A DNA stretch of 64,000 nt, taken from positions 179,180,001 to 179,244,000 of the forward strand of contig OZ024741.1 in NCBI GenBank assembly GCA_964016885.1, given 5' to 3'. The position numbers were made by a program, and so were the translations under genes. The stretch comes from Eledone cirrhosa (Eukaryota). The notes beneath the pieces were generated by a model, which was not told the origin of the DNA, did not search any database, and was given only the letters and a program-made list of their open reading frames with translations. The number at the start of each line of letters is the position of its first letter. Position 1 is the first letter of the stretch. This document shows positions 1 through 17,162 of the stretch, piece after piece.

Positions 1-3960
<3,960 letters not shown>

Positions 3961-3975
3961 TATATATATATGACA

Positions 3976-4190
3976 GTCGATCGACTTTCGTCAAATCGGA
4001 CCAGGGGAACAATGATTCCGTTGGTCTTTCCAATTGCTAATACTATCTATCAGTCGCAACTCCAGGTAGAAGGAGCAACGTGAAATAAAGTGTCTTGCTC
4101 AAGGACATAACGCATCGCCCGGTCCTGGAATCGAACTCACAACCTCACGATTGCGAATCCTATCCTCTAACTACTCAGCCACACGCCTTA
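3976..4190 (-). mobile_element. tRNA-derived SINE
   Basis: Minus strand reads ggcgtgTGGCTGAGTAG (A box)...GTTCGATTCC (B box)...tgtccttgagcaagacact; related copies at 27976, 30088 and 34458. Confidence 0.8.
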
Positions 4191-4218
4191 TATATGTATC
4201 TATCTCTCTCTCTATATA

Positions 4219-4321
<103 letters not shown>

Positions 4322-4350
4322 AACCTCACTAAACTATATATATATATATT

Positions 4351-4403
<53 letters not shown>

Positions 4404-5960
4404 GCTTTAAAGAATAGCTTTGCTAAAGGTGTTTTAACGCTTAATGAGAATGGGAGGGGGGAGTACCAAATAATATTTCTAGTTCTAGTTCTTTTGTTTG
4501 GTTTAGTGTTTAAGTTAAATTGTTTATTATTATAATTAATACTAGGGTGATTTGCCATGTTATTGTTGTCAATGTATTTAATTTTATTCGAATACCCTAC
4601 TCTATTTAAAGCTTCATTATAATATTCAGCCTTATCATCAAAAATATTTTTATTAGCAGAGATGCGTGAAATCCGTTGTTGGACACTATTGACAATAGTG
4701 TTCTTAATAGATCTAGGATGATTAGAGTTAAAACTTACGTAATTTAGATTTTCGTTAATTTTATGGAAAAGATAGTAAAGCCCTGTGCTAAGGTTTAATG
4801 TTACGTCTAAGTTAACAATTGTATAGTTATTCTCTATTTCTAACTTAAGGTTATAATTATTGAAAAATTGTATTATGGATTTTCTTTTCCTATTAATTTC
4901 ACAGTTACTATGGTTTTCAATTAAAAGCAGCATATCGTCACGATATAAACCAGCGGTCATCTCTGGCATTTTCCTATGCAGTGTAGTATTAATAAATAAG
5001 CCCACAAGATCCATTATTTGCGCCGAGTCAGATGATCCCATAGTAATATCAAAATTATTTTTTCTATCGGCTCTTGTCCAGAGATGATTATTGAATTCTA
5101 TTAATGTTTGCCGTGCTGTTAGAATTATATGCATTTCATCACTAGATAAGTCTGTATGTTTAGATGCGTAGATAAGAGCCCTATTAAGTAAATTAGGAGT
5201 AATATAGGAGTAGTAATTTGCAATATCCATTTGAATGAATTTTTTGTTATGTTTAAATTTTATGTTATTGAACCAATCTATAACTTCATTAGTACCGTTC
5301 CATAGTTTCAGGTGTGATTTTTCTTTAAGTTGCGGTATAATTCTATCTAATATATGTTTGCTAATTATGCCTAAGTCTGATTTAGATGGTGCTATAAGTC
5401 TGACTGGTAGTTCTATTTCAAAATTTCTTTTGTAGTCTTTCAGGTTAATTTTCGGTTTTCTAGGTATAAAGGGTTCAGTCCAAATTTGGATGCCTAATTT
5501 ATGAATTATTTCAGAAGCTTCTCTATTTAACGTTGAAAGATCTTCATTTGTTTTTATTTTGTATTTTTTTCTGAGTTCTTTCAATATAAGGTTATTATAT
5601 TCGTTCTTTTCCATTCCGTATAAATTATTAGTTTTATCAGATTTTACGAGGATCTTCTTAGTTTTTTCAAGATTGTCTATATTATTCTTGAGGCCTTTAA
5701 GGTATTCCTGGCCTATAAATTGTTTTTTCTTGAATTTAATGTTTTGTATAATAGATATTATTTCATTCTTTCTCTCCTACTAATATATCTAAACTTTCCA
5801 TAGCGTTTAAAATAACGGTTTTACAATAATATAACTCAACCTCATTTACATATTCATTTGCATACTCATCCTAACAATTTTGAAAAATCCGTTCTTTAAA
5901 TTCACTATCCAAGGAAAATTTAACTGATAAGGTATGTTTCTTTGGCTATGTCAAAATTTA
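4404..5960 (-). mobile_element. Penelope-like element reverse transcriptase, 3'-truncated at (TA)n
   Basis: ORF 4334-5614 has 'RLIAPSKSDLG', 'MDIANYY', 'FDITMGSSDSAQIMDLVG', 'GLYRDD', 'SNHPRSI'; Hydra-like PLE clade is my inference. Confidence 0.85.
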
Positions 5961-5974
5961 TAAAACACACTTTG

Positions 5975-6036
5975 TATTTTATCTGATGAAAGAGTACCAA
6001 AGATTTTGGTACCCTTGAAATATATATAATAGAATA
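5975..6036 (+). ncRNA. Type I hammerhead ribozyme (PLE pLTR)
   Basis: tattttat-CTGATGA-stem II (aagagtaccaaa/tttggtaccctt)-GAAA-tatata-TA-atagaata; stem I pairs over 8 bp. Confidence 0.75.
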
Positions 6037-6178
6037 AATATGGTTTTCTAAATATAGTTTCCATTTATTTAATATCATTGAATATTTACTCCAGAAATCT
6101 GTCGAGTGCTATGAATTAGTTATAAACATTTATATTTGTTGAATTTCCAACAAATTAAATATCCCTTCTACTTATATG

Positions 6179-6662
<484 letters not shown>

Positions 6663-7879
6663 TGGTAGCTAAGATGCTTCCATAGAGCAGAATTTGCTCC
6701 GAAAGCATTTGACGTGTCCGACGAGCCCGCAGGTCCAGAGTCAGACAAGATCCATGCAATGATCGTGTCTCGAGCTGTCCGCCGGCGAAACAATTGTAAC
6801 ACACAATAAATTGATTTCAGATGCATCACTGACTTTTCGCTTTATATTATATATATATATATATATAAATATGCATACGTACACATATCTATACATACAT
6901 ACATACATACATACATACATACATACATACATACATACATACATACATACATACATGCATGCATGCATGCATACATACATACATACATTCACACATATAT
7001 ACATATAAATATGTACGTTTGGGTTATATCGAATATTAATAATAATATTTGATTCGTTTGTAAACAAACAGCCTGATTAAATCTGTGCCGTGCCGATGAC
7101 AAATCGTCATCCGTTTGTTCAACGGAAGGCCGGACTGGAAAATTTACTTTAGACTTTTCATTCCTCGAAAGCACGATACAGATTTCGATGGCCCAAATCT
7201 CTCATCCGATTTCGTTGCAAAACTAGACGATTTCATCAGGTGTTGTTTGCGAGAGTATGTAACAGGATTATATTAGAAAGTAGAAAATAGAAAATAGAGG
7301 ACCGATTCGATTCGGGGACTGTCTGCCATTCGGTGTTATATCGATGGTAGATGTTGTACAATCAATTAATACCTGGACTGGTAGACGTGGTGGAGGAAGT
7401 GGACGTTGCTATGTGATGACAGGAATCCTGCCGTCCTTAGAAAATGCCATTTTTAATTACAACGAAACATTCTTTGCCAGAGAGATCATTGGATGTTGGC
7501 CTAAAAACCGGCCTAGCGTTACGGTGGGTAATTAAAGGGTTAAATTGCTATAGAGATGAATAGAGCTATATAAATTATAACAATAAAAAATAAATAAATA
7601 ACAAGAATAGAAGAACAAGAGTTATAAATAGCTATAAAAAGATATAAAAAATATAAAGGTTATAAGGTTATAAGGTTGCAAGAATAATGAGAATTGTAAG
7701 ATTTAAAAAGTTTTATAAAGTTTACAAGAAGTTATAAACATTATGTGCTAAATTTATGTTAAATAAATTAATTCTAATGGCCAAGATTCACTTAAGTACA
7801 TTATTGGAAGATAAAGGGGTTCTCAAAGTATTTCGTGCGGTTATGTATATGTGTGTTAGCATTGAGGACTAAATTTGGT

Positions 7880-8450
7880 GCAGTTTATCTTCGGCTGACG
7901 TTGCAGTCCAGCACACCACTGCGAAGTTCAAAGAATATAGATTACCAGTACCCGAGTATATTCAAACAAATGAAGGGAGGGGTAAATCAATGAATTAATC
8001 AATTCCAAACACTCAAAGTATAGAACCAATTTAATTTGAACAGCGCGTTATTCACAGGACTGCCAGTCGATGGATTAACGCACATCCCCAATGTTCACAA
8101 TACCCACGAAAATGATCTCTCAGGCATTCCTCTATAAATTCAGACTTCTGTTAAATGTTTTTGGTTGGTGGAGGTCACTTCTGCTTCATATATCGCTGCT
8201 GGAGTGTTGTGCCGTAGGTTGAAGGGGCATGCCTTTCCCCTCTGCATGAGCATCCGGAAGGTGAAGGCTTTTGCGTTTGTTGCTGATGTGGGATTTCAAG
8301 GTTACTATAATTGCAGTTAATTGTGAAAAGTGCTTCATAATCGTTTAAGAAGGGGAAGGACTTATGTAGGTTGTTTAGTAAGAAAAGACCAACTAAGTCT
8401 GTGACCCGAGCAGAATCGCTCGGTCCCATTATGATATCAAAGTTAACGGT
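7880..8450 (-). mobile_element. Internally deleted PLE remnant
   Basis: 'FDIIMGPSDSARVTDLVGLFLLN' matches the RT motif at 4334-5614 and is joined to a 'GCSCR' Cys motif like the one preceding PLE GIY-YIG domains. Confidence 0.55.
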
Positions 8451-9429
8451 ACAACGTCTAATAATTTTAAGAATATAAAACTGAAGAATTCTACCTCGCT
8501 CACCAGTTACCTATGGGATTTGAAAAACACAAACACTTCTTATTCCCTATAATGGTTTCTTTTGAAATCCGCAAAAACATACGAGCACAAAATGCAATCT
8601 GTGTTTAACTGAGTAACCAAGTCTAATCTAAGGTTGTTGAATAGGAAGTCTGAAAAAGTGTCACCTTGTTCACATAGAAATTCCTATTCTTTTTACTACT
8701 ATAAATGCGACCATATTTAATAAACAATTTAATAGATTTTTTAAACTACGTCATTAACTTTACATTATCATCCTCTTCTGGCCGCCATAAACAATATACT
8801 TTATTTTATATAAGACGTTGAACTACATAACATTAGTATTAAAACAAAGTCCACTTAAGTTTGTGTTTATATCTTTTAGAAGGTTTATACATGAGTGTTT
8901 TTACATTTAAATTCGTAGATATCTTATAGTAACCCGTTCATAACATAATATGCATTTATAACGTAGCTCACCATCGAATTTATAGTGAGTATATATGTAC
9001 TTTGGGTCCAATATGTAACTGAATACGTTATTCCAGGTTAGGATACTTTTCATATACTACTGATTTTAATATGACACCGCTTTAAACTACCATGTTTGCT
9101 GCACACCACCGTGCTGTCGCAATAATAATAATGAAATTATTGTGTCTTAACGTTTGTTTTCTTTAAAAAGATAGTTTTTCTCCGTAAAACGAAAACACTA
9201 GTAAGTAGAAAATGTATTTTTTTATATATATAAACTATACTATAACTTTTCCTTACATTGGTTCTTTGTAGCTAATCGCATGATGCTTAAAAATCTCACG
9301 CTTTATTTTGCCCAACTAAACAACTGCTTTTCATATGAGTCTCTGTGAGAGAAAACTTTTTAATAGCTAGACTTTATCGACCATGACTTCTTAATTTTCT
9401 TTGAAACTTGCATTCTTCAGATATTACAC

Positions 9430-9493
9430 TGATGTCCTGAGGATATTTTAGTGTTACTTGATTACATTAAAATTGAAACATGCGTAGATGTTA
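9430..9493 (+). ncRNA. Type I hammerhead ribozyme, slightly degenerate
   Basis: tgatgtc-CTGAGGA-(t)attttagtgt/acattaaaat(t)-GAAA-catgcg-TA-gatgtta; ends ~45 nt before (CA)n. Confidence 0.6.
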
Positions 9494-9605
9494 AAATGAT
9501 TTAAAGTATCATCTTTAGTTTGTCACTTGAATTAAAATTACACACACACACACACAAAGATATATATATATATATATATGGGGGGGAGAGAGAGAGAGAG
9601 AGAGA

Positions 9606-9672
<67 letters not shown>

Positions 9673-10035
9673 CATATGATTCAGGGAATTACTGGTGGTA
9701 GTACTCGATGTGTACACAATTAAAATATAAATACGTGTCAACAAAACTTCGTCGTTTTTCTAAAAATGGAATACTTTGCATTATGTATGAGTGTAATGGT
9801 CGTCCGAGTTCATTTAGCTCAATAATACAGAACACTCGGCTGGGATGTAAGGCGTGCTGAATTCATTTCCTCGTAGCAGCTGCTGGATACTTTTTTCTGT
9901 CTATTATTACCCGATTTTCTAAGTCTATAGTCTGGTCTATTTTCCTGCGCTCCACATTTTCTTCATCATACATATATATTCTATGTCAAAATATGTCTGC
10001 ATCCTATGCACCGAAAGTACGAATTTGATAATGAA

Positions 10036-10129
<94 letters not shown>

Positions 10130-10321
10130 GAAAATGTTTGACTCCGACGGCAGAGCTCAAGCCGTTTCGACAGCTATTTCTGGACTCCAGAAATAGCCGT
10201 CGAAACAGCTTGAGCTCTGCCGTCGGGGGTCAAACATTTTCCTATTATCCACACTAATACCCTAAGTATTGAGTACTCTGGTGCGTTTTGGTCCATCTGG
10301 TACCTTACCACACCTCCTTCG

Positions 10322-10324
<3 letters not shown>
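10130..10324 (+). mobile_element. Fold-back family A (PLE 3' end with 3' half of hammerhead)
   Basis: ~52-bp inverted arms around ctggactccag, plus an ~80-nt tail ending cttcgtta; inside (TA)n. Confidence 0.85.
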
Positions 10325-10401
<77 letters not shown>

Positions 10402-12329
10402 ACAAGCCATGTATGTCAGTATATAACTTCTCATCAAAACTTCTCTTCAAAACAAGAGTGCATCTTATATTCCGCAAAATACAAAATCTCTCTAAATTTT
10501 TTGATTATTTAAAAATTAACTAAAAATCATAAAGTGTCTTTCATTAGAAACATGGTAACGAAAGGGTTCATTAGCCACTGATCATCATTTTTTTACATGG
10601 TTTGTTGTCATTGTGTTAGCTAATTCCATTCTATTCTGTTTTTTACCCACTTATAGATGAAGTCTCAATATGCCGATACCAGCTTATCTATGTTGATTAT
10701 AAGGTCTACCTGCCCATACAATCAAGTTTGTGATTGGAAGGGTGGGGATTCCTGTAAACGGGTGCTTAGCGCTGACCATCGGTAGCAAGGCGGAATTTGG
10801 ACTCAGAACGCAAAAAACCTGAACTGATACTGCAAACATTTCATCTGACGATTTAACAATTCCACCAATCCACCAATCTGAACATGTAGGATAGGCTAGA
10901 CTTCCGTCGGTTTCAACGATGAACGTTGCAGTTCTTCAATCAACGGAGCAGCCTGTGTAAGTGGCTCAGCATTCCATTGACATATGTGTCCTTAATGTAA
11001 TTCTCAGGAAGATTCAGTATGACAGTATATAGAAATGCTAGCTTTTTTAATTACAAGTATAACCCATCCTACGCTCTTCTAAACAGTTCTGTCAAGTCAA
11101 TTTCACTCAGATGGTTTTAGTCGAGGTTGTGGTAAATATTTGCTCAGGATACCTTGCAATGGAACAGGAACCCGGCTCCTTATGATTGTGAAGCGAACTT
11201 CTTAATCATTCTGCCATGATGCATCTCCTCTGAACTGGTACTTTATTTATGGAACCCGCACGGATGAAAGGCAAAATTTACTACTAGCAGCAACAAATGT
11301 GTGGTGGAAGAGAGGATCAGGCTCATAAACGATATCCTGCTTCATTGATGACTGTGTGCAACAGAACGTTTGTAGTATGACAGTCTGTTGCATACGGTCG
11401 AGAAATTCGAGGAGAAAATAGTAAAATATCATTTGTCATTTGCAAATGTGGGAAATGTTCAGAAGTGAAATGTACTGACAAGTTAGACGGACGGCTTACA
11501 ATTCCGTGAAGGTGGAAATGATGCATGAACTGTATAAATCTGCATTTTGTAGATAGTCAGACATACATTAAGGCAAAAGTGTATAGTGGCGGGAAAGGAA
11601 AGGGATAAACCTATAAATACAAGAATCAATAATAATAAGTACTTTGTGAGAATTCCAAAGAAATTCTAACCATTCATCTAACCATTAAGAATATTGCCAG
11701 TGTCATTAACACAGTTTTATGTACCAACATCACCGTATAGTTTAGAATGGGAACACAATGAGATACGAAACTGGATACAATATATAGTAATACTAGAAAC
11801 TTATTTAAATGATATCACATGCTATATAATAAATTTAGGCGTTTTGTGAATATCATCATATAGATGTAAAGAATAAGAAAAAATGATTGTTAAGGTTGCC
11901 TATTAGATTTCGAATTGAAATGAAAGCAACACGGGGAAACCATAAAGAAAACATTCATCACTACTTAGTAAGAAAGATACATAAATAAAAGTATTTAGAT
12001 TTTTTCTGTAGAGGAAATACAATGTCTATACCTTTTGATGTCCTCGTAAACTGAGATACAGGAATGCATTAATGATGCTAATAACAGGGAATAGCTGATG
12101 TTGATAATGTAGTTGTTGCTTAGGACCAGATCAACCATGGCCCAACAGGTGTATGAAAGAAAGGACTTACAGTCGTGTCACGATGGAACACATTGGTTTC
12201 GACGATGAACATTCAGTTGATCTTGAGAAATCGACCATCGTCTCCAATATGAGGATAACTTCCTCTATATCTTCCTCCCACGTGTCTCGAACAATATGAA
12301 CAGAGACACGAGCAGTCCTTCCTCTTCTG

Positions 12330-12753
12330 ACAAGCTATAAACAAAGCAATCTTGGAATCGTTCCCGATGACTATTTACTCTTCAGTAGAAACAAAGTAAA
12401 GTATTTAAAACGACATAAAGTCGTACTGGGAGATATGTTGTAAATTTTGATTCCGTGAAATCACTATACATATTTCAATGGCCCAGCTCCATCATCCAAT
12501 TGTGATGAAAAGAGAATAGTTAGCTGAAAAATTGGAAAGTGAAAAAGGAAAAAGAAAAAGAAAATTTGGCTTCAAGACCGCTCGTAGAAGTATTCTACGT
12601 AACCCTATTGTTGTAATTCTGTTGAAGTTACCTGATAAGACCGTCATGTCTTGCATCATAATTGGATGGTGGAGCTGGGCCATTGAAATATGTATAGTGA
12701 TTTCACGGAATTAAAATTTACAAAATATCTCCCAGTACGGCATTCTGTTGTCG

Positions 12754-12757
<4 letters not shown>
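12330..12757. mobile_element. Fold-back family C with hammerhead
   Basis: Inverted arms ~12407-12508 and ~12648-12757; hammerhead on + strand; left boundary approximate. Confidence 0.7.
12623..12705 (+). ncRNA. Type I hammerhead ribozyme, core CTGATAA (G8A, probably inactive)
   Basis: tgaagttac-CTGATAA...GAAA-tatgta-TA-gtgatttca; 9-bp stem I. Confidence 0.6.
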
Positions 12758-12822
<65 letters not shown>

Positions 12823-12862
12823 AGCATAGGTATATTTATATACACATGTGTATATTTATACG

Positions 12863-12885
<23 letters not shown>

Positions 12886-12893
<8 letters not shown>

Positions 12894-13609
12894 ATACATT
12901 AACGGAGCCATAGACTCTCGCCGTTCCCTGTAAATAATGTGCTCAAAGGAGAGGAAATCCTGAGCTCTTTAAAATACAATATGTTGAAAAGGTAACACAC
13001 TGATTCCATACACTGGTGGTTTTTCCTTGTTTTATTGATAGCGCACTGTATCTCTCTCTAGTGTGTTACCTTTTCAACATATTGTATTTTAAAGAGCTCA
13101 GGATTTCCTCTCCTTTGAGCACATTATTTACAGGGAACGGCGAGAGTCTATGGCTCCGTTAATGTATCGTGATATTTCACTCCTTATAACAGTCTTTCCT
13201 CTCTCTCTGTTTTATTGAGCACACTTCTCTGAGTGGTTTGGAGCTGCCTTTTCTAGCAGCTCGTCCCTCAGAGGCCACTGGTTCACTGCCCTTAAACACG
13301 CTGCGACTTCTCTCTCCCACGTGTAGCTGGACGGTCGCTTTAAAATTTCTCTTAGTGTTGTCTGAAATGTATAGCCTGACACACGCTGATGAACCTGGGT
13401 TATTTCATTTCTGTCAACAACTTACTGGCGAAACAGATCACTTTGGATTTGTACGTGTTTTATATAGTTATAGAGGTATTTATTTACGCTTTAATTTATA
13501 TTTTTAATTATCGTGTCTTTCATAGGTTATAGATTCCATACACTGGTGGTTTTCCCTGTTTTATTGATAGCGCACTGTATCTCTCTCTAGTGTGTTACCT
13601 TTTCAACAT

Positions 13610-13616
<7 letters not shown>
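12886..13616 (+). mobile_element. Non-autonomous retrozyme-like element: 530-nt unit with partial tandem repeat and 5' inverted arm
   Basis: 13002-13087 is repeated at 13532-13616; 12886-13001 is the inverse of ~13059-13175; no credible coding sequence; contains a hammerhead. Confidence 0.75.
13381..13458 (+). ncRNA. Type I hammerhead ribozyme (GUA site after 13453)
   Basis: acacg-CTGATGA-stem II-GAAA-cagatc/gatttg-TA-cgtgt; stems I and III pair fully, stem II is imperfect. Confidence 0.8.
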
Positions 13617-13671
<55 letters not shown>

Positions 13672-13787
13672 TATATGCAAACATATACTTATAACAAAAT
13701 ACATACATACATACATACATACATACATACATACATACATACATACATACATACATACATACATACATACATACATACATACATACA

Positions 13788-14280
13788 TGATGGCTGCAAA
13801 CTCTGCTAAGAGTATTGCAATCGCTTCTCAGATTACAGAAAATGGTGCACTTTTAGGCTACCACCAGCCATACGAACCTGTAACAGATCCTGAACAAGCA
13901 ATGTCTGTGCTTTGAAGGTTTGTTAAGTGGGGAAAGTCCTTCCATTCGACCAATCCCATTCTCTGAGCATCGAAAACACTACCCGAAAAGGAGAACTGGT
14001 CAACATCATCAGATGCTTGCGAAGCCGCAAGTTTTTTTTTTTTCAGAGTTTCCCTCTCTTAGAAAAGTGGTGACAACAACAACTGGGGGCCTTTTACTCC
14101 CAGGCAAAAAAAAAGAAAAGTACTGTTTGGATGGCCGTTGACTCTGCCGAGTTCCTCCGCCCTTTGCTAGGTCTTGTATTTCATCCCGCAGGATGAAACA
14201 AGCTTGGTGGGGTTGCCAGTTTAGTCGTCGACGCCCCGACAGGGTCACATGTTTCCAGTAGCACTCGAGAGCGACCTGAC
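13788..14280 (-). mobile_element. Short non-autonomous element between (CATA)n tracts, related to 32969-33380
   Basis: Shares the motif ctaRgagaRggaaa(a)ctctga and the 3' end gagttKgcagccaYcat+(TATG)n with 32969-33380. Confidence 0.45.
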
Positions 14281-14299
14281 ATAATATACATACATACAT

Positions 14300-15250
14300 A
14301 CATCTGGAGGAGAGATATGGAATAAGGCCTGATATAGATCCCTCTCCCAGGGAAATTGGAAGATCCTATTCAATGTTCGAACATGATAAGAAAATGGACC
14401 AATTTACAGAGAAAGTTGTGCATGGGTACCTGAGACGAAAAGCACAGACTATAGAGGAGATAAATCATCCCAAGAGCCTAGAATGGAATTCCGACAAGTT
14501 TATGACATCCCACCTTGAAGGATATCTTTATGCAATACAGGAACAAGAAATCCCCACCAAATATCTGCTACACAAAAGAGGAGGGCCATCAGTCGACAAT
14601 AAATGTAGGCTTTGTAAAACAAAGATCGAAGATGTTAGCCACATTGTTGCAAACTGCGAAAGAATGTCGTCTCGCTACTACCTCCCTGTGAGACACGATG
14701 TGATAGATAGAACCATCTGGAGCGCACTTAGGAAAACAAAATTAAAAACAAATGAGGAGGAATATATTGAGATAGATGGCACTAAAGAATACTTGTGGAA
14801 CTTGAAAATAAAAACTGCCACCAAAATAAAACACAACCAGCCTGATATTGTTGTTTGGAACCATACATTGAAAACGTGCTCTATTGTAGAGATCAGCTGC
14901 CCACTTGATGTCAATGTTGTAAGAAAAGTACAAGAGAAGGGGACATCTACGGACCATTAATGAGCAGTTTTCAGATCCAGTATCCAAGATACACCTTCAG
15001 CTTCATACCCATCATTATTGGAGTTACGGGTTATATACCAACCCGCTTGGACCAAAGTATAACTGAAGTTGGATTTGTGGACAAAGAACGCAGCTCCCTA
15101 ATTCATAGACTACAAATGGCTGCGATAGCTGGCACCTTCAAAATGTACAAAACATTCTTGCGATTCAAGGGATGACAATTTCTTTTCTTTTACAACCTTG
15201 CCACCAAGAAGGTGGCCGGTCAAAAATGTACTCGAAATTAAGAGAAAGAG
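14300..15250 (+). mobile_element. 5'-truncated R4/Dong-like non-LTR retrotransposon (CCHC knuckle + restriction-like endonuclease)
   Basis: 'AIQEQEIPTK..CRLCK..SHIVANC..RHD..QPDIVV..IVEISCP..K..EK' with a frameshifted continuation at 14960-15175; flanked by (TACA)n. Confidence 0.8.
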
Positions 15251-15267
15251 AAACATACATACATGTA

Positions 15268-15480
15268 TGTAAAAGGAAAACAGAAATAACAACACAATCG
15301 GTACAGTATATGGAAGGGATATATTGGGTTAACGCTTGATATAGCAGGAAGAGGGTCTTAACGTTTCGGACGCTAGTCCTTCATTAGAAGAAAGAATGAG
15401 AAATAAAATAGATTGAGGGTACGGGCGGGATGGAATTGGAAAAAATGTCTTTAGATAAAAATAACAGGTCCATTCATGTT
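15268..15480 (-). mobile_element. PLE-type terminal repeat family F with minimal hammerhead (15356-15391, core mutated to CTAATGA)
   Basis: Close homolog of 48475-48690. Confidence 0.65.
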
Positions 15481-15659
15481 GACATTTCTTGCAAAACTGT
15501 TGGTGCTAGCGTTGTGTGTATGATTTATTTTTTAGAAAAGTGGATGATGGAGCGCGTCTACCTGAAATGGAAAAAAAACGTTTTGTAAAAAGAGCTATAC
15601 TTGAGCATGTGCGTAAGCATGAGTTTGGGTGTGTGTGTTTGTGTGTGCGTAACTAGCAC

Positions 15660-15960
15660 TCCGGTGGTTATGACCGCGTGTGTTCCAGTTGATATGATCA
15701 ACGAAACTGCCTGCACATAAAATTAACGTGCAAGTGACTGAGCATTCCACAGACACTCGTTCTCTTAACGTAGTTTGCGGAGAGATTCAGTGTTACATGG
15801 AATGTGACAAGACTACCCCTTCGAATTACAAATACAACTCATTTTTGCCAACTGAGTGGAATGGAGCAGCATGAAATAAAGTCTCTTGCTCAAGGATAGA
15901 ATACGCCGGCGGGAATCGAACTCACGACGTTACGATCGTGAGCCGAATAACCCTAACCAC
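15660..15960 (-). mobile_element. tRNA-derived SINE (second family)
   Basis: B box gttcgattccc on the minus strand, followed by a ccttgagcaagagact core; similar decayed copies near 10895-11220, 21430-21730 and 46740-46990. Confidence 0.65.
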
Positions 15961-15972
15961 AAATGTAGGCGT

Positions 15973-16025
<53 letters not shown>

Positions 16026-16324
16026 TTCAAGAGTAACCAATCTTAAAGACAGAGGTGGAGATAGGAGAGGAGATAGGAGAGAAGAGATTGGTAAATTAGT
16101 TAGAAGCCAAAGCGTAAAGGCATGTGCTCAATGTGCAATATGCAGTAGAAAGCAGCTAGGTGGCTGGGTTCATGCAGAAGTTAGGTGCGCAGAGCTGGAA
16201 ATATTCATTAGTTAAGCAAAACAAGGCCACAAATTTCACAAGGAAGACATTATTAAAAAATTGTCAACATATTTTAGTTTGATGTAAGGAATGTAGAGAA
16301 TAATAATAATAATATTAATAATAA

Positions 16325-16552
16325 TAATGTCCGTTTACAATTGTTCTTTCGTCACACGTTCTGTGACCTCTTCAGTGAATGGGGATTCTTTTCTTTGTTT
16401 TGACAATATATGAACAACCGTCCGGTTATGGAACCAACCAACCAACCGGAAATTTATAAATTCTTAAATTTATAAATTTAATTTATAATAAATTAGAGTG
16501 AAAGCAACTGGTGCGTGTGTTTCTTATTGGCAACATGACCCTCCCAAAGCAT

Positions 16553-16560
<8 letters not shown>
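16325..16560. mobile_element. PLE terminal fragment with an inverted hammerhead-like piece, same family as 39960-40135
   Basis: 16405-16560 matches 40010-40135; minus strand 16347-16375 reads CTGAAGA-ggtcacagaacgtgtgac-GAAA, like 39970-39998 on +. Confidence 0.6.
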
Positions 16561-16582
<22 letters not shown>

Positions 16583-16583
<1 letters not shown>

Positions 16584-16771
16584 GGAACGAGTAGGACCCC
16601 TACGGCTGAGCTCAAGCCGTTTCGACGGCTAATTCTGGAATTAGCCGTCGAAACGGCTTGAGCTCAGCCGTCGGGGTCCTACTCGTTCCTATTACCCACT
16701 CTACTACCCTAAGTATTGAGTACTTTGGTGCGTTATGGTCCATCTGGTTCTTTACCACATTTCCTTCGTTA
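16583..16771 (+). mobile_element. Fold-back family A
   Basis: Near-perfect palindrome 16583-16691 plus an 80-nt tail; inside (TA)n. Confidence 0.85.
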
Positions 16772-16923
16772 TATATATATATAATCTACTGTGTGTAATA
16801 TTTATATTACAATACAACGGAAAATACTGTATATATATATATATATATATATAACCTTTTCAAAAACAAGTCGATGTTGTTACGGTATGTCGAATCTATT
16901 TATCTATAAAACTGTTTATATTG

Positions 16924-16989
16924 TATTTTGTCTGAGGAAGGCATAGCATATTGTTAATATGATATCCCTGAAATATATATAATGAAATA
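16924..16989 (+). ncRNA. Type I hammerhead ribozyme, same family as 5975-6036
   Basis: tattttgt-CTGAGGA-stem II-GAAA-tatata-TA-atgaaata; the downstream 130 nt are homologous to 6037-6175. Confidence 0.75.
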
Positions 16990-17118
16990 AATATGGTTTT
17001 ATAAATATAGTTTCCATTTATTTAATATTGTAAATATACTCCAAATATTTGTCGAGTGCTTTTAAATCAGTTATAAATATTTACTAGTTGTAACCCAACA
17101 ATTTAAATATAACTTTCC

Positions 17119-17155
<37 letters not shown>

Positions 17156-17162
<7 letters not shown>

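Noticed and set aside
3976-4190. tRNA gene
   Set aside because: A/B boxes are followed by a SINE body and tail, with multiple dispersed copies; no complete cloverleaf
7440-7545. piggyBac-like terminus (aaagggTTAA); a similar end occurs near 10560
   Set aside because: No matching left TIR or transposase motif found
10130-10324. Family A as a DNA-transposon MITE or rho-independent terminator
   Set aside because: The arms are asymmetric with a tail, the junction varies, and the sequence is the 3' end of the GIY-YIG PLE at 23209-25788
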